A program made the position numbers and the translations under genes. The notes under the pieces are model-generated. The model did not search any database and had not been told where the DNA came from. It saw only the letters and a program-made list of their open reading frames with translations. A stretch of 64,000 nt of DNA from Cenarchaeum sp. (GTDB lineage: Archaea; Thermoproteota; Nitrososphaeria; Nitrososphaerales; Nitrosopumilaceae), in contig OY843768.1 of assembly GCA_963693095.2 (NCBI GenBank), positions 1,440,001-1,504,000 on the forward strand, written 5' to 3'. Each line of letters opens with the position of its first letter. The stretch's first letter is position 1. Of this stretch, positions 18,108 to 28,413 are shown one piece after another.

Positions 18108-18572
18108 CTAGCTCCGGTACTGGAGCCTCTCGTTGTCGAGAATGCGGTCACAGTAGCGGCACTTTAGGACGCGGCCGTCCCTGTCGATGACGTCCATGAC
18201 TGACTCGATGGGCTCGCCGCTGTTGGTGACACAGTCTGGGTTTGTGCACATGAATATGCGCCCAATGGCATCAGGCAGTGAGGCTCGCCTCTTTTCGACT
18301 AGGCGGTACGAGCGCACTATATTGACAGTCGCCCTGGGGGCTATGACTGCGAGCTTGCTCGTGTCATCGTCCTTGAGGAGGACGCCCTCGACCTTTATGA
18401 TGTCCTTTTTGCCGTGCTTTGCGCTAGGCACGTTGAGCGCGACGGTGACCGTCTCGCCGTCCCTGCCGTCGATGCCCAGGGCCGAGACGACGCGCAGTCC
18501 CCTGCCGGCATCGATATGGTCGATCACGGTGCCCTCGCGGATGCGCCTCACGGTCAGCTCCGACTCGTCCAT
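18108..18572 (-). CDS. pyrI: Aspartate carbamoyltransferase regulatory subunit
   Basis: GTVIDHI, KKDIIKVEG, ATVNIV, CTNPDCVTN, CRYC. Confidence 0.97.
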   Translation of the reverse strand: MDESELTVRRIREGTVIDHIDAGRGLRVVSALGIDGRDGETVTVALNVPSAKHGKKDIIKVEGVLLKDDDTSKLAVIAPRATVNIVRSYRLVEKRRASLPDAIGRIFMCTNPDCVTNSGEPIESVMDVIDRDGRVLKCRYCDRILDNERLQYRS

Positions 18573-18611
18573 GGCAAGAGTTTGTATAAGTGCCCGTATA
18601 TATGGTGCGCC

Positions 18612-19538
18612 ATGAGCCTGCGCGGGAGCGACGTCATATCGGTCCGTGACCTGGGTCGTGACGGCCTCGAGAGCGTCTTTGCGGCAACTGACCGCATCAT
18701 GGAGATGCCCGAGGCGCAGCGCCGCCTCCTGTGCGCAGGCAAGTCGCTAGGATACCTCTTCTTTGAGCCGAGCACCAGGACGCGCCTGAGCTTTGAGGCC
18801 GCAATGGCATCTGTCGGCGGGACGTCATTGGGCATATCGGACTCGGCATCCTCGTCTGCGCAAAAGGGCGAGTCACTCGCCGACATGGTTCGCATAATGT
18901 CGATATACTCTGACGCCCTGGTCCTGCGCCACTCACTTGACGGCTCGAGCAGGTTTGCCGCCGAGGTCTCGGAGCGCCCAGTCATCAACGGCGGCAGCGG
19001 AACCGAGGAGCATCCCACGCAGGCGATACAGGACCTCTATACCATGCGCCGCGAGCGCGGCAGGATCGACGGACTCACCGTCGGCATCATCGGCGACCTA
19101 AAGTACGGCCGGACAGTCTACTCGCTCCTCCACGCGCTTGGCAACTATGACGTAAAGGTTCACCTAGTCTCCCCCGAGTCGCTGCGCATACGGTCAGACT
19201 CTGTATACGAGATACGCCAAAAGATGGATCTCGCCGAGTCGACTAGCCTCAATGACTGCATTGACGCACTAGACGTCGTGTACGTCACGCGCGTGCAGCG
19301 TGAGCGCTTTCCGGACAGTGAAGAGTACCAAAAGGTTCGCGGGAGCTATATCATTGGCACGGACATGCTCCAAAAGATGAAGAGCGAGGCTATCATCATG
19401 CACCCCCTCCCGCGCCTCGACGAGATAGCCACAGAGGTCGACTCGTCGCCGGCGGCGCGCTACTTTGAGCAGGCGCGCTATGGCATGCACACGCGCGCGG
19501 CCCTCCTCGCGCTGATTCTTGGCGACTGGAAGGCCTAG
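18612..19538 (+). CDS. pyrB: Aspartate carbamoyltransferase catalytic subunit
   Basis: FFEPSTRTRLSFE, KGESLAD, HPTQ, GDLKYGRTV, RVQRERF, HPLPR. Confidence 0.97.
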   Translation: MSLRGSDVISVRDLGRDGLESVFAATDRIMEMPEAQRRLLCAGKSLGYLFFEPSTRTRLSFEAAMASVGGTSLGISDSASSSAQKGESLADMVRIMSIYSDALVLRHSLDGSSRFAAEVSERPVINGGSGTEEHPTQAIQDLYTMRRERGRIDGLTVGIIGDLKYGRTVYSLLHALGNYDVKVHLVSPESLRIRSDSVYEIRQKMDLAESTSLNDCIDALDVVYVTRVQRERFPDSEEYQKVRGSYIIGTDMLQKMKSEAIIMHPLPRLDEIATEVDSSPAARYFEQARYGMHTRAALLALILGDWKA

Positions 19539-19818
19539 GCGAACAGACTCTGCGCGCCACTGATGTTCGCGCATGTGCCCCGGCATACAGACTGTATTCA
19601 ACAGCACATGGCCGGGGCCACACGGTTCTGAAGGTCAGCGATGGCATGCGCGCATGATGCCATCAGGGGCGCGTTCGCCTGTCTTCTGCCACGTTCGTAC
19701 AGTCATGTAAGCGGGGACGTCTAGAGGCGCCGAGACAAGCGGGGTGGGCAGAATGCGACAGTTTAGGCTGGAGATCGTAGGCGCCAATCACGCCTGATGG
19801 ATCCAAAAACAGTTAAAA

Positions 19819-19977
19819 ATGGAGCCTGACGACACCACCATGTTGGATGACGACGAGAGGATGAAGAAGGCGAGGGAAAGGGTCGCCAAGATGGAGCTGG
19901 GCGGTCCAAAGTTTGCGTCACCGGAAGAATACATGCGCGGACAGGCACCTGACTATAAACCCAAAAAGCAGGAGTGA
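19819..19977 (+). CDS. Possible small hypothetical protein (52 aa)
   Basis: Manual translation MEPDDTTMLDDDERMKKARERVAKMELGGPKFASPEEYMRGQAPDYKPKKQE; purine-rich, protein-like composition; no homology recognised. Confidence 0.35.
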   Translation: MEPDDTTMLDDDERMKKARERVAKMELGGPKFASPEEYMRGQAPDYKPKKQE

Positions 19978-20037
19978 CGATGACTCCAGAGTCAGACTCG
20001 AATGACGGAGTTGCTAATTGGCACGATAATAAATGAT

Positions 20038-21486
20038 TTATTCTGTGATGGTAAATGAACGTGCCAATATTCTTGAATATGATATATAGTTAAGCAGATG
20101 AGGAAGATCATCAAAGAGATTTTTCCATAAGGGATTAGAAGGGTCAGCTTTTTGAAGGTTGTTAAAATGGTCAGATCTACGCAATATACCTTTGGTTGCT
20201 GGATCAAGCGAGTGTGTCGAACGAAGATCATTAATTTTTACCAGGTTAATCAGCTTGACAAGATCTGAAAAGAGATCAAAACGAAGATTATGTAAAGACA
20301 TATAGCTTAGTAATGCTGGTGGAATAATGTATACAAAGTCATCATGTTTATGCAATAGTGGGTTAAGTCCAGTAATCGATACGTCAAGACCATCTTGGTC
20401 AAATAGTTTGCTCCAAGACTCATCAAAAAATTCTTTATTTGATGATAAAATTGTAAATAGTTGCTGTTGTAAATCAGTAAGAGTGATTGATTCAATAAAT
20501 TTGAATGCATTCAGATTATTTAAATGAGTGTGAACAGCTATAGAGGTAAGAACTTTGAGATCAGAGAGCGAGGGTGTGCGCATAATTGAACCAAGTTTGC
20601 CAGCAATTACTAATAACGAATTTTTATTTTTAAATGCATGACGTCGAATAATAATACAATTGACGATATCGCCGGGTTCAAGCTCAGAAGCTAGTGGTTC
20701 AACAACAAATAAACGAGTGTTTAGAGAAGTGAATTTAGGAGGTTTAGAGAGAATTTTACCTTGAATTGCGCGATATTGAAACCGATCCTGTAAAAAATCA
20801 AATTGATGAACAGATGAATCAATTTTAACGATCTTTACTAGTGTTTTAAATACATCACATGTCTCAAGAAGTTCTGTGTAGCCATGATAAATAAAATTAT
20901 GGAAAGAATCATAGTCATTATTAATATCAGCAGCAGGCAATCGCCAATAAGAGTAAGTAAAACACTGATCAACTATTTTAGAATGAGTAATGTTTGGCCG
21001 TTCAATATTAGTAGCCCAATTTCTGAGAAGAAAATTCAAACTAGAAAATTGTGGCGGGATATTACGCTCAAATTTGAATCGTTCATACACATCAGAAACA
21101 AGAACACGCTGAGCAGAATTAGGAAAATATTCATGTATGCGTTTAGTTCCATGTAGATGCATCAATGTAAAATGGTTTAGATCTTGAACATATGTGGCAA
21201 GAAAAGCAGCTGGTGCGCGTGTATCAAAATAATGTATTTTACGACTAAGCAGGTTAAAAGATTGTGGAGAGAATAATGATAACGGTAATCTCAAGTTAAG
21301 CCGTATGCACGCATTATCTTTAACACTTTCAATACGCATATGTTCAATATCAGGAACTGAGCGAGAAGTAAGTTCTGCAATTCTTTGAGAAGAAACCAGA
21401 ATTAACTGTGTTAAAAATTTAGGATATGAAGGCTCAATAAGCTTTTCTAAAATTTGGATTTCTATATTTTCGCGAGATGGCATCAA
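20038..21486 (-). CDS. Uncharacterised 482-aa protein, last gene of the DISARM-like operon
   Basis: Long ORF in AT-rich DNA; its ATG overlaps the drmC stop (TGATG at 21485-21481); no family recognised. Confidence 0.8.
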   Translation of the reverse strand: MMPSRENIEIQILEKLIEPSYPKFLTQLILVSSQRIAELTSRSVPDIEHMRIESVKDNACIRLNLRLPLSLFSPQSFNLLSRKIHYFDTRAPAAFLATYVQDLNHFTLMHLHGTKRIHEYFPNSAQRVLVSDVYERFKFERNIPPQFSSLNFLLRNWATNIERPNITHSKIVDQCFTYSYWRLPAADINNDYDSFHNFIYHGYTELLETCDVFKTLVKIVKIDSSVHQFDFLQDRFQYRAIQGKILSKPPKFTSLNTRLFVVEPLASELEPGDIVNCIIIRRHAFKNKNSLLVIAGKLGSIMRTPSLSDLKVLTSIAVHTHLNNLNAFKFIESITLTDLQQQLFTILSSNKEFFDESWSKLFDQDGLDVSITGLNPLLHKHDDFVYIIPPALLSYMSLHNLRFDLFSDLVKLINLVKINDLRSTHSLDPATKGILRRSDHFNNLQKADPSNPLWKNLFDDLPHLLNYISYSRILARSFTITE

Positions 21487-21998
21487 AGATCATCTCCTTG
21501 TTTTATAGAACGCGCAAGCACATCCAACATATTAGCAATTTTGGAAACAGAATTTCCGTTAATTTTAAGCATAATTTCATAATTATAATTCATAGCATTT
21601 TTAGATATGTTAGGAGATCCTATCAACGCAAATTTTCTATCGATTACTATAATTTTAGCGTGAAGAGAACCATATTTGTGCTTTATTTGAAAGTTAAATA
21701 GATCAAAATTTGAAAATTTTTGAAAAGCAATCAATTTTTGTCTTGAAAAGTCTCCAATGGTTGATCCTTCCAAATCATTAACAATAAATTGAACATAACA
21801 ACCAGCATTAATTTGATCTTGAATAATATCAAAAAATGTTTTCATTTCAAAATTATCTCGGCCTAAAGAAAATGCCGAGATTTGTATGCTAGTCCGGGCT
21901 TGTTTTAGTGAATCAAAAACTGTGTCTACTATATTACTTGCTTCGTATCCTACCCATAATGCGCCAGATGCAGAAATTGAAGCAATCTCACGGGTCAA
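21483..21998 (-). CDS. drmC: Phospholipase D-family nuclease (DISARM DrmC-like)
   Basis: Single HKD motif LHAKIIVID followed by GSPN and NYE; directly downstream of DUF1998 gene. Confidence 0.85.
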   Translation of the reverse strand: MTREIASISASGALWVGYEASNIVDTVFDSLKQARTSIQISAFSLGRDNFEMKTFFDIIQDQINAGCYVQFIVNDLEGSTIGDFSRQKLIAFQKFSNFDLFNFQIKHKYGSLHAKIIVIDRKFALIGSPNISKNAMNYNYEIMLKINGNSVSKIANMLDVLARSIKQGDDL

Positions 21999-23944
21999 CG
22001 CTTAAGTGACTCCAAAAGAAGGTTACGATCTAAAAACTTGTTGTAAGAATCACATGATGTTTCAGAAACAAATAAGCAAGCATGACAAGCAGCACCATTA
22101 AACCGATTGTGGGTTTTCCGTCTATCAACACAAACAGGATCATTGGAACATATACGGATGTTATGATAAACATGGGATAGAATCTCTGAAAATGACGGAG
22201 CTAGGCTAATTAGACCCCCCAAGGTTCCGTCTCCCCCGGGCTGAGCTGTGTAAAGCAGAAGGCCAGATGTGTGTCGGCCAGACTCATCCTCATGACAATA
22301 AACACGCTCAGCAATACTTGCAGATGAAAATCCCGAACTGATTGCAAGCTGGTTAATGATTTTATGAGACAGCGCATGCCACCACACAAATCTAGGATTA
22401 GTTTTTCTTTTAGCTTCTAAACTTTTTTTAGACCAAGATTCATAGGTTGTGTTCCAAGCATCAAATGAGTCGTTTGAAGTATTTAGAACAGTGAGGGGGT
22501 CAAAGTTTATGTTTTTGTCAGAAGGGTCACATACTTGTATAAATAATCCTTCACCACGCAGTTGATGGCCAACAAACCACCTAGTATCATCTTCGTCATA
22601 GTAATTATAAATCAATTTACCCTGACGGTGGATGATTGGTATATTAGCATCATCCGAATCATCAAGTTCGTGTGTAACAACCTCACGCGAATATCCCAAT
22701 TGTACGCGGGTTAAATGTAATTGACGTATTGGAGAAATTCGGAAGTGGAGATTGAAATCCTCATGAAAGAAATCTATCGAATCAGTAGGTTCAATATGTA
22801 AACCAGTGAACGTACCATGTTTTTGGGGAGGAAAACCGTTTACGGTTGCATTAAGTAAATTGTTAAATTCATCATTAATCACGTTTTCAAAGTCAAATTC
22901 TGATTTATCAGATTGTTTTTTTGTCATATCTTCTGAAATTTTTGTAAGCGCATGTTTTATTTCATCCAATGTGGAAGTTTCAATAGCAGGTATAGGAAGA
23001 TTAGCATTGTATTTTTGATTAATTCGTTTACAATGATCAAGAAATTGCGTGTGTGTAAAATTAGGAGAGTTGTTGTGAAGAAATAGATCTAATGCCAATG
23101 GGTTTTCAGAGAGTATTCCAAGCTTACCAGGTACAGGAGGAATAGAAACGGCCAACATCAAGTCCACAACACGGATATTGCTAGAGTTTTTTAGTATAAG
23201 TTTAGAAGGTTCGCCACATGTTGAGATATTGTCTCTGGGAGGGTATTCTTGCATCACGCCAGAACATTGCAAAGTACCATTATCAGATTTTGACCGAAGT
23301 TCAAAGTACGAAACAGATTTATCACAATTTGTGCGCTGAAATGAACCATTTTCATAATAACCGTAACATCGAACAGTGAAATTATTATCACTATCAGATT
23401 CGTCCCATTCAAATACATCACCTAGGCATTCAAAGTGTCCACGATGAACCTCATATTTCCAATCAATGTCATCCAAATGACCGTTGTTACACGCCCTAAC
23501 AAATCGTACCGATGAACCTCTGTTTTTGTGACGTTTTGAAAGATTAGCATTGCTAGAACAGTTTGGACAGCGGATTTCAGCATGACCAGATATGTTTTGT
23601 AACTTAGACAATACAGGAGTTCCCGGATGGGCATTGCAAACAGACCAACGAGGAAATATGAAAGATCGAAACAAATATGTATTGTCGTCAGGGGTCAGAT
23701 CAGCGTTAGATGGCATTTGAAATATTTTAATAGCTTTTTTAGCAGGAAATTTTCTTTTTAGTATATTTTCCATATTAGAATCTTTAATGCAGAATGAATT
23801 TAATTGAAAATCAGGAAAACGACGAAAGTCGTCTATTATATTCAACAAAGACGGAATCACCACATAGCCACTTGCAATCGGAATCATCGATCCACTACCA
23901 TAGGTAGTAACATATTGTGATGGTCGTAATTGAACACTAGGCAT
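21995..23944 (-). CDS. drmB: DUF1998 helicase-associated protein (DISARM DrmB-like)
   Basis: LRPSQYVTTYGSGS, RFVRACNNGHLDD, GEGLF, HALSHKII, GTLGGL, CSNDPVC, ACHACLFVSETSC...LDR; ATG 23944 overlaps drmA stop by 8 nt. Confidence 0.9.
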   Translation of the reverse strand: MPSVQLRPSQYVTTYGSGSMIPIASGYVVIPSLLNIIDDFRRFPDFQLNSFCIKDSNMENILKRKFPAKKAIKIFQMPSNADLTPDDNTYLFRSFIFPRWSVCNAHPGTPVLSKLQNISGHAEIRCPNCSSNANLSKRHKNRGSSVRFVRACNNGHLDDIDWKYEVHRGHFECLGDVFEWDESDSDNNFTVRCYGYYENGSFQRTNCDKSVSYFELRSKSDNGTLQCSGVMQEYPPRDNISTCGEPSKLILKNSSNIRVVDLMLAVSIPPVPGKLGILSENPLALDLFLHNNSPNFTHTQFLDHCKRINQKYNANLPIPAIETSTLDEIKHALTKISEDMTKKQSDKSEFDFENVINDEFNNLLNATVNGFPPQKHGTFTGLHIEPTDSIDFFHEDFNLHFRISPIRQLHLTRVQLGYSREVVTHELDDSDDANIPIIHRQGKLIYNYYDEDDTRWFVGHQLRGEGLFIQVCDPSDKNINFDPLTVLNTSNDSFDAWNTTYESWSKKSLEAKRKTNPRFVWWHALSHKIINQLAISSGFSSASIAERVYCHEDESGRHTSGLLLYTAQPGGDGTLGGLISLAPSFSEILSHVYHNIRICSNDPVCVDRRKTHNRFNGAACHACLFVSETSCDSYNKFLDRNLLLESLKR

Positions 23945-26900
23945 CTGAAACAAACCCCCATTTTTCACCCATTGTGAATGTCGGCTCAACATCACGAAGT
24001 GAGTAATGCACATTTTTGTAAGCAGAAATTTTACCAGCCATTTGATGATGTTTTGTGCCGAGCACAACATGATTTTTTAGTTTAGCTCTAGTAGATTGAT
24101 TATAAATAAATTTATCGCCATAGTCTCTAGAAATCCGATTCGCACAACTGTTCCATATACAAATAGCGTCATTAAACAGCAGAGTAAACTCGTCAGAACT
24201 AACTGGCAAATCTGAATCAGGCGACAGATTGGAAAGAAGTGTTTTTGCAGAGTCAAATATTTGAGTTAGAGAAGTGCAAAGTGCAGTTATTTCATCATTT
24301 TTGTGATGTCCAATCATATAGTTAGGATTGTTTTGCCAATCAGCAGAAACAGGTTGTTGGGCAATGTGGCCAGCATTTCGTAGTATAGCCACAATTATTG
24401 GGCCAAGACATGTCTTTAACGCTTTTTCAGAAAATGGAGAGGCACTAATAGGTTCTACAAAACGGTTTATAGCTCTATGATACCCAACAAAATTTTCATA
24501 ATGACTAAGATCACGAACTCGTGTAGCACGCAGCCAAGTAATCACAAGTCCGGGATGTTTGCGTCCAATACGACCGGTTGATTGAATGTAGCTAGATGTG
24601 GATTTTGGCTGCCCCACAACAGTCATAAGTCCAAGTCTATCAATATCAATTCCTGTACCAAAAATAGAGGTAGTGAAAAGAGCATCAATTTTTCCAGGTT
24701 TTTCTAGATCTTCCATAGCTTTAGGGAGATCTAGAGATTTGACAGAGCTAGAAAGCTCAACAGCTTTTGTTTGATCTAAGTATCTATGAGAATAGTTTAA
24801 GCTGACCATTATAGATTCAGGAATTTTGCTTGTTTGTTCTACAGAACTAAAAACTATTTTATTATTTTTGATTTGAAATTTATTTGTGATGTGTGACTTT
24901 CGATCACTAGCACCACATTGAAAAGAGGTAGTTGATGAATAGTTGTGAATAGCAACCCACACGAGCGTTCCACGAGATGATGGAATTGGGGTTTCAAGCA
25001 ACAATTCATTTGCATTTTTATGACAACGCTTGACAAATTCATCTGTTGTGTTCGAAAGTAGTTTAGACGGAGTATCATCGATCGGATTATTGTCGTACAA
25101 GGCAACAGACATTTCGCCCGATTCGTTAGAGCAATAGATGGTAATGGAGACAAGGTCAGAGTCATGGGAAAGTAGAACAGGAATAAACCTCGTTCCCGGA
25201 TCGAATTGACTGTTGTCTAATCTGTGTGAGATTGAAAAGTCATTCTTTGAGCTCAATTTTTTAACATCACGTATAATATCAGAATTGTACAAATTGCGCG
25301 CAATGGCCAATTCACGAATTGCATTGAAGTATCCCACAAGTGTCCAATATGCATCAAGATTAGCAGGCATTGCCTGGGATTTTGGGGATTTATGAAGTCG
25401 GTAAATTGAACTAAGTAATGATGCATATATTCTCACCAACCCAAGTAGCATGCTTCTTGGGGCAAGTAGTCCAATATAAAGTCGTCCGGGAGTATCACAC
25501 GAACATGAAGGATCTTCGTCAATTTTGCTAAAATAATTATCGCCGTCACGTATACCCGGAGGCGGGAACACACGTGCAGTACGTCTGTAAACCACTGCAA
25601 CCTGACGTGAAGATTCTTTGATTGTAGCCGTAGATGCAATGTATTTAATTTTAGGAGTGCCCGGAGAAGAAAGTATATCAATAGCGATTTCGTAAAGGCC
25701 AACCATGCTTCCCAATGGGCCTTCAATAAGATGAAGCTCATCCTGTATAATTAATGACGGTGGATAAAAATTGGGCACAGGATCAGATAAACTATCGTCT
25801 TTGTACGTGCCAGCACGGTGAAATCCATCAAACATGTGATAAGTGTCAACATTGCCGAATATGGATGCTGCTTCGGGTTTAAATGCCAATTGGGCAAATT
25901 TGTCAGTAGTGGCAATTATAACTGTCGGGCAACGGCCATACACTTGTGGATCGATTGTAAAGGCCGAAATAGGAGTGCTAATCGACTTATTAGGATCATT
26001 TTGTGAAACAAACGGCTTGGCTATGAGCGTTTGACCACGAGGCATAGTTTTTTCAAACCAAGGGATCTCCCACGTTAAGCAATCGGGGTTTGGGCAGTGT
26101 ATAGAAAAATCAAATCGCTTATTAGAATTATTCTCATACAAAAAGAAATAGCCCGGTCGTGATGCACGAGTGCATTGGAGCGGAACACTGTATTTTGTAA
26201 GCTTAAGTGCCCGCATTATATCATCACGCCACCATTTATCTATATTGTCAGAAGAGAGATGGTTAGTACGAAAATGTACACGTAGAGCACAATAGGTACC
26301 GTGTTCATTAGTGTGAATACGAGAAAGAGATTTTGCTGGTGAGCCATCTTTTTTGCATATAATGTGCCCATTACCACAAAATTTTGAATTGTCTATTGAA
26401 TCGAATTCTTCAGACACCATATTGGTTTCTACAATCCAGGTAATAGTAAAAATTTCACGGTTTGTAATTTCTTTGTCAGAAATTGCCAATAATGATCCAC
26501 AACAAGGACACTTTGTAATTTGGGCAGGTTCGCCGCTATTCCCTCGACTAGTTCCAGGAGGAAGCGGAGATAGGGCGCCTTCAGCATTAAGGAAAGATCC
26601 AACTTGTTCAAACCGGTTAGGAGTTATATCACCGATCCACAATCCTAACGAAAAACGGTTTTGACCCCAGAGATTTTTTCGTGAATCTCTTTCGATCAAA
26701 TCTGGATCAGTAAATTCAACATTTCGAGGCAGCCAATGCTTGACTCTCAACATATCAGAGGCGAGGATTAATCCCAACGTCCTACTAAATTGCTGAATTG
26801 TCAAAAGTCGGAGAGTGTATCGAGATATGATAGAAACACCGCCATCTGTTTGAAAGTCTTTGTACGTAACAAGTCGGCGATAGGCAAAAGTAAACGCCAT

Positions 26901-28361
26901 AAGTCCAAGATACGCCTCTGTCTTTCCACCACCGGTTGGGAACCATAGAATGTCACAAAAATCTTTATCTTGTTTATTGTCTGGAATGAGACCCGGCAAT
27001 GTTTGTAAGATAAATGCTATTTGAAATGTATGCCAAGAAAAGTGTGCGTCATTATCGTTGCTATCCCATTGGTGTTTCATATGCATAGCCTCGTTCATAA
27101 AGCAAAATGCCAATCGTGCTTTTTCGTTACACAATAATAAATCAATCCCTTTTTGGATACGATCTGCACACTGATAACATTGTTCAATATTTTCATCAAG
27201 TAAATCATTTTTGGTAGAATAAGTTTCTTGTTGATCAGATATCCATTGTTTGTATTCTGTGACAATTGGTGTGAATGTAGAAGAGATAGAATTAACATCC
27301 CACAAGTCAGCAAGGCGATCTGCATTAAATCTGTCAGAATTACCTCGAATTTCAGGTTGGCGAACAACATACATTGGTAAATATTCGGTACGTATGTCAG
27401 AATTTTGAAATTTTTGAAGAACATCATCTGGCATTATTGATGATTGTGCATCAGGCCACATCATGGAGCAAAAATCTTGATTCGCGGAATCAGAAGCAGG
27501 ATCTATATCTTTCCACATAACCCCACACAGATGTCCACGACCTTTATTGGCCTTGTTTTGATATAAATAATCATTGTTTGTTTTATCGGCAAATGGTGTT
27601 CCAAGATCTTCAACGGATGAGTCAGAGCCGCATATAACGCGAATTTGTGGTTGAAAAATCGACAATACATTGTTTTGTCTTTTGTTGGGTTTGGTTCCAG
27701 AATATGGCGATTCGTTAACAAGAAATATAGATACATGCCATTTATTATTTTCAACGTAACGTGTATAGACATAAAGCTTTGCATCATTGCTTCCAATATT
27801 ATGAATAAATGAATTTGAAGGCAACAGAGGGGTAGCGATTTTAGAAACATCGATCAGGTCAGAAACCATCAGACTAGGGTGACGTTTGTATGTTCCCGGA
27901 GCATGGACTAGCTCGTATTTGCCCCACGTGCAACATATCTGAATTAGTGGCGGGGCACCTGCAACGACAAATGATAGACCCATTGAGTATGCACCCTGCA
28001 TTAGGTTAAGGTCAGAATCAACACTAATTTTATAGTCTGTTTCATCTGATTCAAAGTCGGAATCTCCATGATGTAAATTGTCGGGAAAATTTGCCTTTTC
28101 GTATGGATCGGGAGGGATGTTAAAATCAGGTTTGTCAGAAGAACGAAGACGGGGGTTAAGAATTCCCATGGTGTATTGAACTGATGGATTTTCGATTACC
28201 TCATCAGGTCCACATCTAGGTCCAAGCATATCTTCAAAAAGTGATTTGACCATATAGGTACGAGCTAAACCTGAGAATAGACTCTCTGTAGATGTAAAAT
28301 TAGAATTATTAGTTTCAGAATTTGAATGGTTGTCTGTATGCTCAGTGGTAGGTTGTGTCAA
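23937..28361 (-). CDS. drmA: SF2 helicase (DISARM DrmA-like), 1474 aa
   Basis: SMGLSF, FQPQI, FQIAFIL, WFPTGGGKTEAYLG, RYTLRLLTIQQFSR, TTDKFA, IQDELH, ASTAT, YFNAIREL, GIDIDRLGLM, YIQSTGRIGR, RDLSHYENF, SLRDVE. Confidence 0.92.
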   Translation of the reverse strand: MTQPTTEHTDNHSNSETNNSNFTSTESLFSGLARTYMVKSLFEDMLGPRCGPDEVIENPSVQYTMGILNPRLRSSDKPDFNIPPDPYEKANFPDNLHHGDSDFESDETDYKISVDSDLNLMQGAYSMGLSFVVAGAPPLIQICCTWGKYELVHAPGTYKRHPSLMVSDLIDVSKIATPLLPSNSFIHNIGSNDAKLYVYTRYVENNKWHVSIFLVNESPYSGTKPNKRQNNVLSIFQPQIRVICGSDSSVEDLGTPFADKTNNDYLYQNKANKGRGHLCGVMWKDIDPASDSANQDFCSMMWPDAQSSIMPDDVLQKFQNSDIRTEYLPMYVVRQPEIRGNSDRFNADRLADLWDVNSISSTFTPIVTEYKQWISDQQETYSTKNDLLDENIEQCYQCADRIQKGIDLLLCNEKARLAFCFMNEAMHMKHQWDSNDNDAHFSWHTFQIAFILQTLPGLIPDNKQDKDFCDILWFPTGGGKTEAYLGLMAFTFAYRRLVTYKDFQTDGGVSIISRYTLRLLTIQQFSRTLGLILASDMLRVKHWLPRNVEFTDPDLIERDSRKNLWGQNRFSLGLWIGDITPNRFEQVGSFLNAEGALSPLPPGTSRGNSGEPAQITKCPCCGSLLAISDKEITNREIFTITWIVETNMVSEEFDSIDNSKFCGNGHIICKKDGSPAKSLSRIHTNEHGTYCALRVHFRTNHLSSDNIDKWWRDDIMRALKLTKYSVPLQCTRASRPGYFFLYENNSNKRFDFSIHCPNPDCLTWEIPWFEKTMPRGQTLIAKPFVSQNDPNKSISTPISAFTIDPQVYGRCPTVIIATTDKFAQLAFKPEAASIFGNVDTYHMFDGFHRAGTYKDDSLSDPVPNFYPPSLIIQDELHLIEGPLGSMVGLYEIAIDILSSPGTPKIKYIASTATIKESSRQVAVVYRRTARVFPPPGIRDGDNYFSKIDEDPSCSCDTPGRLYIGLLAPRSMLLGLVRIYASLLSSIYRLHKSPKSQAMPANLDAYWTLVGYFNAIRELAIARNLYNSDIIRDVKKLSSKNDFSISHRLDNSQFDPGTRFIPVLLSHDSDLVSITIYCSNESGEMSVALYDNNPIDDTPSKLLSNTTDEFVKRCHKNANELLLETPIPSSRGTLVWVAIHNYSSTTSFQCGASDRKSHITNKFQIKNNKIVFSSVEQTSKIPESIMVSLNYSHRYLDQTKAVELSSSVKSLDLPKAMEDLEKPGKIDALFTTSIFGTGIDIDRLGLMTVVGQPKSTSSYIQSTGRIGRKHPGLVITWLRATRVRDLSHYENFVGYHRAINRFVEPISASPFSEKALKTCLGPIIVAILRNAGHIAQQPVSADWQNNPNYMIGHHKNDEITALCTSLTQIFDSAKTLLSNLSPDSDLPVSSDEFTLLFNDAICIWNSCANRISRDYGDKFIYNQSTRAKLKNHVVLGTKHHQMAGKISAYKNVHYSLRDVEPTFTMGEKWGFVSDA

Positions 28362-28413
28362 TGTAGAACGTTACCTCTGGACAAAATGAACTTAATCAAC
28401 ATGGACAATTTGT

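Noticed and set aside
24790-25250. Intein in DrmA
   Set aside because: No Cys/Ser block A start paired with a His-Asn-(C/S/T) end at the insert boundaries and no LAGLIDADG motif
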